Below, piece after piece: positions 41,259-51,330 of a stretch of 59,395 nucleotides of DNA. Both the position numbers and the translations under genes were made by a program. Position 1 is the first letter of the stretch, and each line of letters opens with the position of its first letter. The notes under the pieces are model-generated. The model did not search any database. It was given only the letters and a program-made list of their open reading frames with translations, and was not told where the DNA came from. Origin of the DNA: Candidatus Methanophagales archaeon (GTDB taxonomy: Archaea; Halobacteriota; Syntropharchaeia; Alkanophagales; Methanospirareceae); NCBI GenBank assembly GCA_014859735.1, contig JACUTR010000001.1, forward strand, positions 1 to 59,395, given 5' to 3'.

Positions 41259-43796
41259 TTACGTGCTCTTTTGAATCACATCTACTGCTACCACACGCTC
41301 GCCATCATTTACATGCATCAGCCTCACACCCTGCGTATTTCTCCCTTTCATGGGAATACTTCGGGCAGAAATTCGTGTCACCATCCCGTTAGAAGTGGTA
41401 ACCATCAACTCATCGTCATTCTTTACTTGCTTTATACATACCACGTTCCCATTTCTTTCCATAACTCTCATACTAATCACACCTTTACCACCCCGATGTG
41501 TTTCTCGGTACGCATTCAACCTCGTTCTTTTACCATACCCTTTCTCGGTTATCGTAACGACCTTTGAAGAACTCAAACTCAAATTAACGGCATCAATACT
41601 CGCTATCTCATCGTCCCTTTCCAACCTCATCCCCCTTACTCCTGATGCATATCTGCCCATCTCCCGCAGTTCCTCTTCCTGGAACAAGATTGCCTTTCCA
41701 TTCTTAGAGCTTATGATTATACCATTCCGCTCTCCACCCAGGTGGGCGTGTACGGGCTCAATCAACGCCACATCAGCTAACGAATCGCCCTTGATACGAT
41801 CAATCCTAACGGCAACGATCCCCGTGGCGCGTATAGACCTCAGCTTAACAAGTGAGCTCCTTTTTACCACGCCTCGTTTGGTAGCGAAGACGATAAATGA
41901 ATCCTCGGTTTTAGTTTCTATACCCTTATCTACCTCCTCAGGTATAGCGATAGCGGCTACGAATTTTTCCCTTTCTTCGGTCTCCGTTTGGCTTATGCTC
42001 AGTCCTGGGATGTTCAACAGGGGTTTCCCTTTTGTATGTCGGCTACTTGAAGGGATTTCGTAGGTCTTCACCTGGTATGCCCTGCCAGAATCGGTGAAGA
42101 GGATCAGACGTTCCCGTGTGGACGCGCGTATGAAATTGACGATCGCATCATCTTCTCTCTTCTCTATCACGGCAATTCCTTTTCCTCCCCGTCTTTGCTG
42201 CTTAAAAATGTTCGCCGGTAATCGCTTCACATAGTCACGCTGCGTAAAAAAGAGGATGACTTCTTCCTCCTCTATAAAATCGCGCTCGCTTAAAATCACC
42301 TCTTCCTCTATTTCGGTCCTTCTCGCATCGCCGTACTTATCCTTCAGCTCGATCAGTTCTTCTTTTATGATGCCACGTATTCGGGCTTCACTTGCCAGCA
42401 CCTCTTTTAACCACGTTATCTTCGTCTCCAGCTCTGATCGCTCAGTTTCTATTTTGTCACGCTCTAAAGCACTCAATCGCGAGAGCCGCATCTCCAGTAT
42501 CTCTTTCGCCTGCTCCTCGCTCAGCTCAAATTTCTCAATCAGAGCGGATTTTGCCGTTTTGCTATCGCTTGAAGCTTTTATAAGCCTTATCACCTCGTCT
42601 ATATGCGCTATTGCAATGATTAAGCCCTCTACTATGTGCTTTCGCTTCTCAGCACGATCTAATTCATATTGCAGCCTTCTGATCGTTACTTCTCTCCTGT
42701 GCGTGATGTAACATTCGATCAACTCTTTGAGCGTTAATATCCGTGGTTCGCCATCCACCAGGGCGAGATTGATTACACCAAACGTGGTTTCCAATTGCGT
42801 GTGTTTATAAAGCTTGTTTAAAACAATCGAGGAATTAACTCCGGTTTTCAGTTCTATTACAATCCTCAATCCTTTGCGATCTGATTCATCTCTTAATCCC
42901 GTAATGCTGTCCACCTTGTATCTCCTGACGAACTCAGCTATCTCCTCTACCAGTTTGCTTTTGTTTACCTGGTATGGTATCTCGTTGACGATTATTCGCT
43001 CCCTCTTTGCCGTTCTTTCTATCTCCACCGTTGCTCTTAGCTTTAAGCTGCCCCTACCAGTTTCATACGCCTGTTTTATGCCGTCGTAGCCAGAAATGAT
43101 TGCGCCTGTGGGGAAATCAGGAGCTCTTATTATCAGCATCAGCTCTCCAATACTCACGTTTGGCTCGTCTATCACTCTTATTATGCCATCCACCACTTCG
43201 GCTAAATTATGGGGGGGCATGTTAGTAGCCATACCAACAGCGATACCGGAAGAGCCGTTTATCAAGAGGTTAGGGAGCTTTGCGGGTAAAATCAGTGGCT
43301 CTTTGAGCGTGTTATCAAAGTTAGGACTCCATGCGACGGTATCTTTATCGAGATCAACCAGCAGTTCCTCGGCTATCTTTGATAGCCGCACTTCGGTGTA
43401 TCGCATTGCAGCAGCAGCATCTCCGTCTATACTCCCGAAATTGCCCTGACCATCTATCAACGGGTACCGGTGAGCAAAATCCTGCGCCATTCTCACCATG
43501 GTATCGTAAACGGCAACGTCACCGTGGGGATGGTATTTCCCGAGAACATCTCCTACTATCCGCGCTGATTTCTTATGCGGTTTGTCATGGGGGACGCCGA
43601 GTTCATGCATTCCGTATAATATACGACGATGCACCGGTTTTAGCCCATCACGAGCGTCAGGAAGAGCTCTCCCCACAATTACGCTCATTGCGTAGTCTAT
43701 GTACGAGCTCTTCATCTCGTCTTCAACGCTGACTTCTATCACACGCTCACGGTCATCGTCTCGCATCTCGTTTCTCTCATGCTCGTTTTCGTTCAT
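41259..43796 (-). CDS. gyrA: DNA gyrase subunit A
   Basis: 845 aa: [27 protein letters not shown], the active-site AAMRYTE and a C-terminal beta-pinwheel repeat region. Confidence 0.97.
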   Translation of the reverse strand: MNENEHERNEMRDDDRERVIEVSVEDEMKSSYIDYAMSVIVGRALPDARDGLKPVHRRILYGMHELGVPHDKPHKKSARIVGDVLGKYHPHGDVAVYDTMVRMAQDFAHRYPLIDGQGNFGSIDGDAAAAMRYTEVRLSKIAEELLVDLDKDTVAWSPNFDNTLKEPLILPAKLPNLLINGSSGIAVGMATNMPPHNLAEVVDGIIRVIDEPNVSIGELMLIIRAPDFPTGAIISGYDGIKQAYETGRGSLKLRATVEIERTAKRERIIVNEIPYQVNKSKLVEEIAEFVRRYKVDSITGLRDESDRKGLRIVIELKTGVNSSIVLNKLYKHTQLETTFGVINLALVDGEPRILTLKELIECYITHRREVTIRRLQYELDRAEKRKHIVEGLIIAIAHIDEVIRLIKASSDSKTAKSALIEKFELSEEQAKEILEMRLSRLSALERDKIETERSELETKITWLKEVLASEARIRGIIKEELIELKDKYGDARRTEIEEEVILSERDFIEEEEVILFFTQRDYVKRLPANIFKQQRRGGKGIAVIEKREDDAIVNFIRASTRERLILFTDSGRAYQVKTYEIPSSSRHTKGKPLLNIPGLSISQTETEEREKFVAAIAIPEEVDKGIETKTEDSFIVFATKRGVVKRSSLVKLRSIRATGIVAVRIDRIKGDSLADVALIEPVHAHLGGERNGIIISSKNGKAILFQEEELREMGRYASGVRGMRLERDDEIASIDAVNLSLSSSKVVTITEKGYGKRTRLNAYRETHRGGKGVISMRVMERNGNVVCIKQVKNDDELMVTTSNGMVTRISARSIPMKGRNTQGVRLMHVNDGERVVAVDVIQKST

Positions 43797-43905
43797 AGCT
43801 ATAGTTAGAATTATGGATTCGAAGGTAATAAAGGATGAGAGCGTCTCAAAACCCGCAGCCGGTAAACTTTTATAAGGGATAAAGGAGATACTAATTACTA
43901 AATAT

Positions 43906-43985
43906 AAACCCTTACTGAGCCTTTCAGGCTCGCGGGAACGCGGGCAGAGCCCGCGATTTCGGGGTCAACGGGGCGAAGCCCCGTT
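43906..43985. repeat. GC-rich modular palindromic repeat, 80-nt intergenic copy
   Basis: Lies in the gyrA/dnaK divergent spacer and ends 23 nt before the dnaK ATG. Modules are ccttactgagcctttcaggctc, gcgggcagagcccgc and aacggggcgaagccccgtt. Confidence 0.9.
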
Positions 43986-44008
43986 AGAAAGGATTTGGAG
44001 GCTAAAAA

Positions 44009-45841
44009 ATGGCCAAAACAATAGGTATAGATGTGGGAACGAGCAATTCGGCTGCGGCTGCGCTCATAGGTGGTAAGGCCACGATAATACCGAGTGCCGA
44101 AGGGACGAGCCTTGGCGGTAAAGCCTTCCCTTCCTATGTGGCATTTACAAAAGATGGCCAGAGGCTGGTTGGAGAACCTGCGAAAAGACAAGCGGTCTCC
44201 AATCCAGAAGGTACGATAACAGCGATTAAACGAAAGATGGGAACTGATTATAAAGTGAAGGTTCATGGCAGGGAGTACACGCCGCAGCAGATCACTGCCT
44301 TCATACTCCAGAAGATAAAAACCGATGCAGAAGCATTTTTGGGCGATAAAGTTGACAAGGCGGTCTTGACCGTACCGGCATACTTCAATGACAATCAGAG
44401 GACGGCGACAAAGGATGCGGGTAGAATTGCAGGCATGGAAGTGGTTAGAATAATTAATGAGCCAACCGCCGCAGCACTTGCTTATGGGATTGACAAAACA
44501 GAGAAAGATCAGAAGATCCTGGTATACGATTTTGGTGGTGGCACTCTTGACGTAACGATTATGGAGTTCAGTGAAGGCGTATTCGAGGTCATATCCACGA
44601 GTGGCGACACCCAATTGGGTGGCACCGATATGGATACCACAATCGTGAATTACGTGGCGGGGGAGTTCAAGAAGGAATCGGGAATAGATGTACGGAACGA
44701 CAAGATGGCGTTGCAAAGGTTGAGAGAGGCAGGTGAAAAAGCGAAGATCGAACTCTCGAATGTGCTTGAGACTGACATCAATCTGCCATTCATTACGGCG
44801 GATGCCACGGGCCCGAAGCATCTGGTCATGAAGCTCACCCGAGCGAAACTGGAGGAACTCGTACGGCCGATCGTTGATAAATGTAAAGGCTCAATTGATC
44901 AGGCATTGAAAGATGCGAAACTCACTCCAGAGGAGATCACCAAGATCATATTCGTCGGCGGACCAACGAGGATGCCGATAGTCCAGAAATTTGTCGAGGA
45001 TTACGTGGGTAGAAAAGGGGAGCGCGGTGTTGATCCGATGGAATGTGTGGCGATGGGTGCTGCAATACAAGCGGGCGTATTAACCGGAGAAGTGAAGGAT
45101 GTGGTGCTTTTGGATGTCACGCCACTTTCCTTGGGCATTGAGACGTTAGGCGGCATATTTACCAAATTAATCGAACGGAATACCACGATTCCCACGAGGA
45201 AGGGTGAGATATTTTCGACTGCGGCAGATAGTCAGACGAGTGTTGAGATCAACGTTCTACAAGGTGAGCGCGAATTTGCACGAGATAACGTCAGTCTGGG
45301 GCGATTTCATCTGATGGGTATCCCGCCAGCGCCACGGGGCGTGCCTCAAATCGAGGTTACCTTCGATATCGATTCCAATGGCATCTTAAATGTCACCGCT
45401 AAGGATTTGGGAACGGGAAAGCAACAGGCGATCACGATCACAGCCTCGACAAAACTATCGCAAAGTGAGATCGATCGGATGATGGAGGATGCAAAGCGAT
45501 TTGAAGAGGAGGATAAAAGGCGTCGCGAGATTGTTGAGACGAAGAACCAGGCTGAGAATCTTATATATACCACCGAAAGATCTCTCAGGGATTTGTCCGA
45601 CAAGGTTACGAGCGACGAACGAACGAAGATCACTGCACTCATCGAACGACTAAGAGAGACGGTAAAGAGCGAGGATGTCCACAAAATGCGGGCTGAGATG
45701 GAAGAACTGACACGTGCATTCCACGACATCTCAATGCGCGCCTATCAACAAGCAGGAGCGCAGTATCAGCAACGAGAGGCTCCTAAGGAAGAAAAAGGAC
45801 CCAGGGATGCGGAATACAAGGTGATGGATGAGGAGGAATAA
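44009..45841 (+). CDS. dnaK: molecular chaperone DnaK (Hsp70)
   Basis: 610 aa with [19 protein letters not shown] and VGGPTRMP motifs. SD ggagg lies upstream. Confidence 0.98.
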   Translation: MAKTIGIDVGTSNSAAAALIGGKATIIPSAEGTSLGGKAFPSYVAFTKDGQRLVGEPAKRQAVSNPEGTITAIKRKMGTDYKVKVHGREYTPQQITAFILQKIKTDAEAFLGDKVDKAVLTVPAYFNDNQRTATKDAGRIAGMEVVRIINEPTAAALAYGIDKTEKDQKILVYDFGGGTLDVTIMEFSEGVFEVISTSGDTQLGGTDMDTTIVNYVAGEFKKESGIDVRNDKMALQRLREAGEKAKIELSNVLETDINLPFITADATGPKHLVMKLTRAKLEELVRPIVDKCKGSIDQALKDAKLTPEEITKIIFVGGPTRMPIVQKFVEDYVGRKGERGVDPMECVAMGAAIQAGVLTGEVKDVVLLDVTPLSLGIETLGGIFTKLIERNTTIPTRKGEIFSTAADSQTSVEINVLQGEREFARDNVSLGRFHLMGIPPAPRGVPQIEVTFDIDSNGILNVTAKDLGTGKQQAITITASTKLSQSEIDRMMEDAKRFEEEDKRRREIVETKNQAENLIYTTERSLRDLSDKVTSDERTKITALIERLRETVKSEDVHKMRAEMEELTRAFHDISMRAYQQAGAQYQQREAPKEEKGPRDAEYKVMDEEE

Positions 45842-46007
45842 AAAATAAACAAATCTAAATAAACAGATATACCAAAATCTACGAATAGCCACTAGCCATG
45901 TGAGTATACTCATGTGGGCATTGCTTATTCATCTACCTGGGGATTTTCTAAGAGATGCACTATTACCCGGAAGATAATCCAACCGAGACTGAAGTAGGGG
46001 TAGTATA

Positions 46008-47144
46008 ATGCCAAAGAAAGATTATTACGAGGTACTTGGCGTTAGCAGAGAAGCTACCGAAGAAGAGATTAAAAAAGCATATCGAAGGCTGGCGAAGCAA
46101 TACCATCCCGATGTGTATAAAGGTGACAAAAAAGAGGCGGAAGAGAGATTCAAGGAGATTTCAGAGGCATATGAAGTGTTAGTGGACCGGGATAAACGTG
46201 CGAAGTACGACCAAATTGGTGAACGGGTAGTGGATGAAGCTTTTGGCCCTGGAGGTTTCGACTGGACTCACTTCACGCATTATCGTGACGTTGAGGACAT
46301 CTTTGGAAGCGCTATATTTGAAACCTTTTTTGGCTCTGCATCGAGTCCCGGCTTTTCGAGTCGAGGCGGAATATTTGATACCCTGTTTGGGACACAGGAG
46401 GGGATCGAAAGGCCGATTCGGGGGGCGGATCTTCGTTTACAATTAGATATTACGTTAGAGGATGCAGCTCGGGGTGTGGAGAAGATGATCGAAGTTCCGA
46501 TGGCCCGAGTATGTAAGGCGTGTGGCGGTTCAGGAACTCGTTCTGGGAAATCGAGTGAGTGTCCCTCGTGCAAGGGTGCTGGTCAGATAAGAGCAGTGCA
46601 AACCAGGGGGAGTACCCGTGTGATAACAGCTACGGTTTGTCCTGAGTGTAAGGGCACTGGAAGAGCCACTTACGACCTCTGCAGCCTCTGCGGCGGAACA
46701 GGCAGGGTATCAAAGCGAACTAAGATAGCGCTTAAGCTTAAGAAAGGTGTTTATACTGGCTATGAGATAAAGATCCCCAAAGCGGGAAGACCTTCTGAGT
46801 CCAGGATTGGCGGAGAACCAGGTGACCTGTACGCGGTAGTAAACGTTTTACCACATCGGATCTTTGAGAGACGAGGAAATGACCTTTATATGAGAACGCC
46901 GGTAGGTTTCATGCAGGCAGCCTTAGGCGATGAGGTTACGGTCATGACGATAGACGGTAAGCAGGTGAAGGTAAAAATTCCAGCGGAAACGCAGACAAAC
47001 AGCGAATTTCGTTTGCGGGGGCTGGGAATGCCCAGACTCGAGGGTGGTCAGGGAGACCTGTATGTGGAAGCGATCGTGCAAACGCCACGGAATCTGACGA
47101 AGAGACAGAAGGACCTGTTACGAGAGGCGTTAAGCGGTACGTAG
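46008..47144 (+). CDS. dnaJ: molecular chaperone DnaJ
   Basis: 378 aa with a J-domain (YHPD), a G/F-rich linker and four CxxCxGxG zinc-finger repeats. Confidence 0.95.
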   Translation: MPKKDYYEVLGVSREATEEEIKKAYRRLAKQYHPDVYKGDKKEAEERFKEISEAYEVLVDRDKRAKYDQIGERVVDEAFGPGGFDWTHFTHYRDVEDIFGSAIFETFFGSASSPGFSSRGGIFDTLFGTQEGIERPIRGADLRLQLDITLEDAARGVEKMIEVPMARVCKACGGSGTRSGKSSECPSCKGAGQIRAVQTRGSTRVITATVCPECKGTGRATYDLCSLCGGTGRVSKRTKIALKLKKGVYTGYEIKIPKAGRPSESRIGGEPGDLYAVVNVLPHRIFERRGNDLYMRTPVGFMQAALGDEVTVMTIDGKQVKVKIPAETQTNSEFRLRGLGMPRLEGGQGDLYVEAIVQTPRNLTKRQKDLLREALSGT

Positions 47145-47148
47145 AAGT

Positions 47149-48033
47149 ATGGAAGAGAAAAGGGCAGAGAGAAAGAGAGCGAAATGGACTAAATTTTGCC
47201 CGAAGTGCGGTAAACAAACGGATATATTCTTTGATTCGGTCTGTGAGGACTGTTTCAGGGAAGGGATAACGTTACTTGAGCCTGGGAACTTAGAGATAAG
47301 CCTGGGTGTGTGCAAGCAGTGTGGCGGTTATTTTAAGGGTAGGGAGCAGACAAGCATAGAGGCAGTAGTTGAAGATTCAGTAAGGAAAGAACTCAGAAAG
47401 AAGTATGGTCTGGGCTGTGAAGTTGAGATAGCGGAATTAAGAAGAGAGATAGAAGAGGAAGAGCGCAGAGCACGTGTGGTTCTGGTTGTGAAAGCAGAGA
47501 TAGAAGGATTGGAGCTCGAAGAAAGAGCTGAGGTAGCGGTTATTTTGAAGCGGGAGACCTGTGAACGCTGTAGCAGGATAGCAGGAGGATATTACGCCGG
47601 TATCGTGCAAGTAAGGGCGGAGGATCGAATTCCAGCGGATGACGAACTCGCCATAGCGGAAGAAATAGCGTATTCCTCCTTAGATGAAGCGGATTTTGTC
47701 TCTAAAGAACGGATGTTGAGAGAGGGGCTTGACATTTATGTCAGCAGTATAGAATGTGGTCGTAGGATTTCGAGGGGGATAGTGAAGCACTTGGGTGGCG
47801 GGTTTTCGGAGAGTCGGAAATTATATGGACGAAAAGAAGGCAAGGATATCTACCGTGTCTCGTTTTCGGTGAGGCTTCCAGGGTTTAAGGAAGGTGATTC
47901 AGTGGCACTAGATGATCGGGTGATTTCAGTGGAGAAGGTGATAGAAGGAAAGGGAATTAAGGGCGTGGATACAAAGACGGGTAAGCCTCTCTTCTTGAGT
48001 AAGAAAGAGATGATGAGGGCAAGGAGGATTTAA
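47149..48033 (+). CDS. NMD3-family protein (archaeal homologue of the 60S export adaptor)
   Basis: 294 aa with N-terminal Cys pairs CPKCG...CEDCF...CKQCGG...CERC, as in archaeal NMD3/COG1499. Confidence 0.72.
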   Translation: MEEKRAERKRAKWTKFCPKCGKQTDIFFDSVCEDCFREGITLLEPGNLEISLGVCKQCGGYFKGREQTSIEAVVEDSVRKELRKKYGLGCEVEIAELRREIEEEERRARVVLVVKAEIEGLELEERAEVAVILKRETCERCSRIAGGYYAGIVQVRAEDRIPADDELAIAEEIAYSSLDEADFVSKERMLREGLDIYVSSIECGRRISRGIVKHLGGGFSESRKLYGRKEGKDIYRVSFSVRLPGFKEGDSVALDDRVISVEKVIEGKGIKGVDTKTGKPLFLSKKEMMRARRI

Positions 48034-48080
48034 GTAAGTGGTATTGTATTGTTTCCTTGGCTCTGCTCATGACGTACAAA

Positions 48081-48096
48081 GCCCTGTAAGAGCTTA
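48081..48096. repeat. degenerate gccctgtaagggc-type module
   Basis: gccctgtaagagctta lies between the convergent NMD3 and truD 3' ends. Confidence 0.4.
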
Positions 48097-48104
48097 TTTG
48101 ATAC

Positions 48105-49457
48105 TTATTGTTTCAGGTACTCTCGCAGCAGAACCGTTGCATACGAGCCTTTAGGCAGGGAAAACTGTACTGCCAGTTTAAATCGTCCGGGATTGAGTTC
48201 GTCTTCGTTAAGGTTATCATCGCTCAACTTCACCTTCACCGGCACCAAGACTGGTCTTCTCGTGCCTTTGGAACTTATTTCCGGCATCTTTTCGATAGAA
48301 AAAGTGCTTAATTCTACCGCTTCATCCCCAAGAACCTGCCTTTCTATCTCTCCTTGCACACCATCTGCAAACTCAGTTTCAGAGCCAACGAGAGGAGCAG
48401 TGACAAAAGCCCTTCCCCGCTTTATCAGCCGGTTTATGCCCTCTATTTTAGCTTCGGTGACGTTCTCCACCTTATCCGGGTCCGCAATTCCAAGATCAGT
48501 GTGAAAACAGACCACATCACCCACTACCGCTTCGTTAAAGGGTACGTTTCGTTTCATCCGGTGACTTAAAAGGAGATTGAAGAGATACGCTTGATACGCA
48601 TGAACGAAGAGTTTTTGTAAGTTCTTTGGGAGGACAGAAAAAGCAGAAATGAAATTTGCTTCACCTTCACTACCGCTTTTTACCAGCTCATTCAGCATCG
48701 CTCGTTCGTATCGTAAGAACAATGGCATTCGTTTCAAGCACTCTTTGAGTTCACCATTCCTGCATACCATCCGCGCCTGTTTCGCCTCCTCGCTTTCCTC
48801 TGGGAAGATATCGGAGATGTAAGACATCACCGCTTCTTGTAGTTCACCGTTTATCAGGTGTTTTCCCACGATATGCGTTATCGGGCGGCTGATGCCAAAC
48901 CGCTGAACGCCGAAGAAATTGGGTATTCCGCCCGTATTCTCTATTTCTTTTGTTATCAACTCGATTTTTTCCATTATCTCGTCTTTATTCCCTTCTATGC
49001 CACGAATAACAATCTCAAACTCGTTTCCATAAAGGTCGCCCAAGGAAACGGCTTTGTTCGATCGTCCGATTATTTTAAAGGAGACATCAGCGATTTTTAC
49101 TCGGTTTAGCTCGTCTTCATCGGTATCCCAGATACTAATGCGCTGCGTTGTCAGGGCGAATTTGTCCTTGGTGCCGGCGAACCCAATCCTGTTCCTGCTC
49201 ACGCGCAGCCTCCGTGAGATTTCTCTTATTACGGTATGAGTATCCCAGTTCTCCTTCGTCAGTTCTGCGATTAAATATCTCCCCTCTAACGGGGCTTCGC
49301 CCCGTTGGCCCCGCAAGCCCTGTAAGGGCTTTGTAATCTCACGCACGATGAAGTCAGTGGGTATTGTTTTTATCGTTCCACCTATTCCGTCGGGGTGCGT
49401 TGCGTAAAACCAGATCCCTATCCGTTTTTCGTACTCCGGGCTCTCTTTTAGTTCCAT
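48105..49457 (-). CDS. truD: tRNA pseudouridine synthase TruD/Pus7 family
   Basis: 450 aa with GIGGTIKTIPTDFIVREI, FAGTKDK (catalytic Asp region) and NFFGVQRFG motifs. 14-17 codons near residue 45-60 are encoded by repeat modules. Confidence 0.88.
   Translation of the reverse strand: MELKESPEYEKRIGIWFYATHPDGIGGTIKTIPTDFIVREITKPLQGLRGQRGEAPLEGRYLIAELTKENWDTHTVIREISRRLRVSRNRIGFAGTKDKFALTTQRISIWDTDEDELNRVKIADVSFKIIGRSNKAVSLGDLYGNEFEIVIRGIEGNKDEIMEKIELITKEIENTGGIPNFFGVQRFGISRPITHIVGKHLINGELQEAVMSYISDIFPEESEEAKQARMVCRNGELKECLKRMPLFLRYERAMLNELVKSGSEGEANFISAFSVLPKNLQKLFVHAYQAYLFNLLLSHRMKRNVPFNEAVVGDVVCFHTDLGIADPDKVENVTEAKIEGINRLIKRGRAFVTAPLVGSETEFADGVQGEIERQVLGDEAVELSTFSIEKMPEISSKGTRRPVLVPVKVKLSDDNLNEDELNPGRFKLAVQFSLPKGSYATVLLREYLKQ
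49288..49331. repeat. GC-rich palindromic repeat modules inside the truD CDS
   Basis: aacggggcttcgccccgtt is the exact reverse complement of 43967-43985. cccgcaagccctgtaagggctt (49310-49331) is identical to 53954-53975. Confidence 0.9.
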
Positions 49458-49631
49458 TCCTGTCGATCCTCACCGATTATTCAGGATTGTTTTTACGTGA
49501 ATTTCAGTGACCATGTTATTCGCCTGCTACTGGATTTATTGGAAAGAATTTCATAAATAACGAGGTAGCACGAACTACCGGACGAGACCAAACACGCTAT
49601 TAGGTAAAGTGCTGCTCCCCACCTCGTCACT

Positions 49632-49952
49632 TCAAGATCGTATCATTGTCAGAATCATCTTGAATCTCTTCACTGCTCTCAGAGCATGGGGTTGATTGGC
49701 GGGCATTATAACCATCTCACCTTCCTTCAAGCGAAGAGGTTTGCCCGAGATAACAATTTCTGCTTCACCCTCAAGAAGATAAACCAGGGCATCAAATGGC
49801 GCTGTATGTTCACTCAATCCTTGCCCCTCATCAAACGCGAAAAAGGTTACTGTTCCTGTCTTTTTCTCAATTATCGTTCGACTCACCACAGACTCCTCTT
49901 GATAATCCGCCAAATCAATTAATCTTATCGCGTGCGCTACAAGTTTCTCCAT
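49632..49952 (-). CDS. cupin-domain protein
   Basis: GQGLSEHTAPFDALVYLLEGEAEI...GEMVIMPANQPHAL is a cupin barrel. ATG 49952 is preferred over the track's TTG 50009. Confidence 0.7.
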   Translation of the reverse strand: MEKLVAHAIRLIDLADYQEESVVSRTIIEKKTGTVTFFAFDEGQGLSEHTAPFDALVYLLEGEAEIVISGKPLRLKEGEMVIMPANQPHALRAVKRFKMILTMIRS

Positions 49953-50136
49953 GCCTTTCCGTTCCTTATTACGCTCCACCCTTTTCACCTCCCTTGTTCT
50001 CTCAAGCAATTTTGTTTATCCTTGGTAGTGGGTATATCCTCCAATAGTGATATCATCGCCTTGGTACAAGATAATCATTCTTGACCCTTGTATTGTAGGT
50101 ACGATGATTGGTAAGGATAACGTTTAAAGTAAGGTT

Positions 50137-50170
50137 AAGCTTCTCTCAGAGCCGCTTCGGGGTTCAGGGT
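50137..50170. repeat. local about-34-nt motif, copy A (aagcttctctcagagccgcttcggggttcagggt)
   Basis: Direct reading; aligns with copies at 50425-50467, 51266-51300 and 52913-52946, all in the same orientation. Confidence 0.8.
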
Positions 50171-50424
50171 TAGCGGGTTTTCCAAAGGGCTAAGCACCCA
50201 AACTCAAAATAAAGATAAATAAAAGACTTAAAGTGAGAATAAGGAGAATTAAATCTTGATAGCTCTCTTTTAACCTTTTATCTCGCCGTGACTTTTCACA
50301 GCCGTGACGTGCGATTTTTTGATTAATTCTCATTGTTTCTTCTCTGTAGTAGTATAGATAGGTAGGAATGCTTATTAAATTAAACTTTTGAGCCGCTTAT
50401 AAGTACGTGAGCTTATTATTTCAT

Positions 50425-50467
50425 CCCTCTCAAAGCTCCTTTCACATCCGCTTCGGGGGTTCAGAGT
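50425..50467. repeat. local motif, copy B (with about 11-nt internal insertion)
   Basis: ccctctcaaagc[tcctttcacat]ccgcttcgggggttcagagt. Confidence 0.6.
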
Positions 50468-50563
50468 GCCTTTTACCGCGATAGCGGCCTCACAAAAGGT
50501 AAGCGAGGGGACACTGAGAAGGAGGATGAAGGAAGAAGGTATTTCCACTTATGCTCAGAATAA

Positions 50564-51175
50564 TTACTTCCCTTTTCGATGCGATCTAAGTAAATTGCGA
50601 TAATATCCCTCAGACCATGGTCTTCGGTGAGAAAATATTTTACTTACAAATCTCACATCTTCTACTGAGTAAAACGCATTGGGATTGTATCGTTTGATAA
50701 GTTCTATGATATTTGGAAGATCATGACGATCTATGATAACATAAATGATCTTTACGGGTCCTTCAATGCCTTCAGCATCGGTACTCGTGACTCCATAACC
50801 TTCAGATTTAAGAACCTCTACTAATTTTGATGCCCCCTTCCTGGTAATAATTCGAATAATCTCTGTTCCTATTAACAATTTATTGTCAAGGTAAATGCCA
50901 ACAAAAGTTCCCAGAGCGAAACCACCCGCATAGGCAACATAATAAACAATATTGGCAAAATGTTGAAAGATTTGTCCGATTGCAAGCAGCCAAACCATTA
51001 TCTCAAAAAAACCGACTATCGGGGCAAGATATTTAAAGCCTTTAGAAATAAAGATCACACGAATTGTGCCAAGGCTAACATCTAAAACTCGCGCGACAAA
51101 TATAAACAGTGGTAGGAGAACCAATGCATATATCTCTGAATTGAAGAGGGATAGGTACGCCATAGTTAGTATCAT
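50564..51175 (-). CDS. UPF0316 / DUF2179-domain membrane protein
   Basis: 203 aa: three N-terminal TM segments with ARVLDVSLGTIRVIF, plus a C-terminal DUF2179-like alpha/beta domain. Confidence 0.72.
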   Translation of the reverse strand: MILTMAYLSLFNSEIYALVLLPLFIFVARVLDVSLGTIRVIFISKGFKYLAPIVGFFEIMVWLLAIGQIFQHFANIVYYVAYAGGFALGTFVGIYLDNKLLIGTEIIRIITRKGASKLVEVLKSEGYGVTSTDAEGIEGPVKIIYVIIDRHDLPNIIELIKRYNPNAFYSVEDVRFVSKIFSHRRPWSEGYYRNLLRSHRKGK

Positions 51176-51265
51176 CTCGAATTAATTCATCGTCTCCTCT
51201 TTTAAAAGTTCGCCTTAGACCTTAGACTTTAACATGAGACACCTAAGATATGAGGAATGGAGAGC

Positions 51266-51300
51266 AAACTTCTCTCAGAGCCGCTTCGGGATTCGGGGTG
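51266..51300. repeat. local motif, copy C
   Basis: aaacttctctcagagccgcttcgggattcggggtg. Confidence 0.8.
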
Positions 51301-51330
51301 CGTTTTTGGAGGAACCGTTTTTGAATAGAC

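Noticed and set aside
43898-44821. A 307-aa ORF on the minus strand.
   Set aside because: It lies entirely antisense to the unmistakable dnaK CDS (and the repeat upstream) and has no recognisable motifs. It is a typical shadow ORF of a GC-normal, highly expressed gene.
49288-49329. The idea that the hairpin modules carry GNRA (GTAA, GAAA) or UNCG (TTCG, TCCG) tetraloops.
   Set aside because: On careful pairing the modules are perfect odd-length palindromes. Full pairing leaves 3-nt loops (for example ggggc-ttc-gcccc, ccct-gta-aggg), so the tetraloop reading requires opening a base pair and is not supported by the sequence alone.
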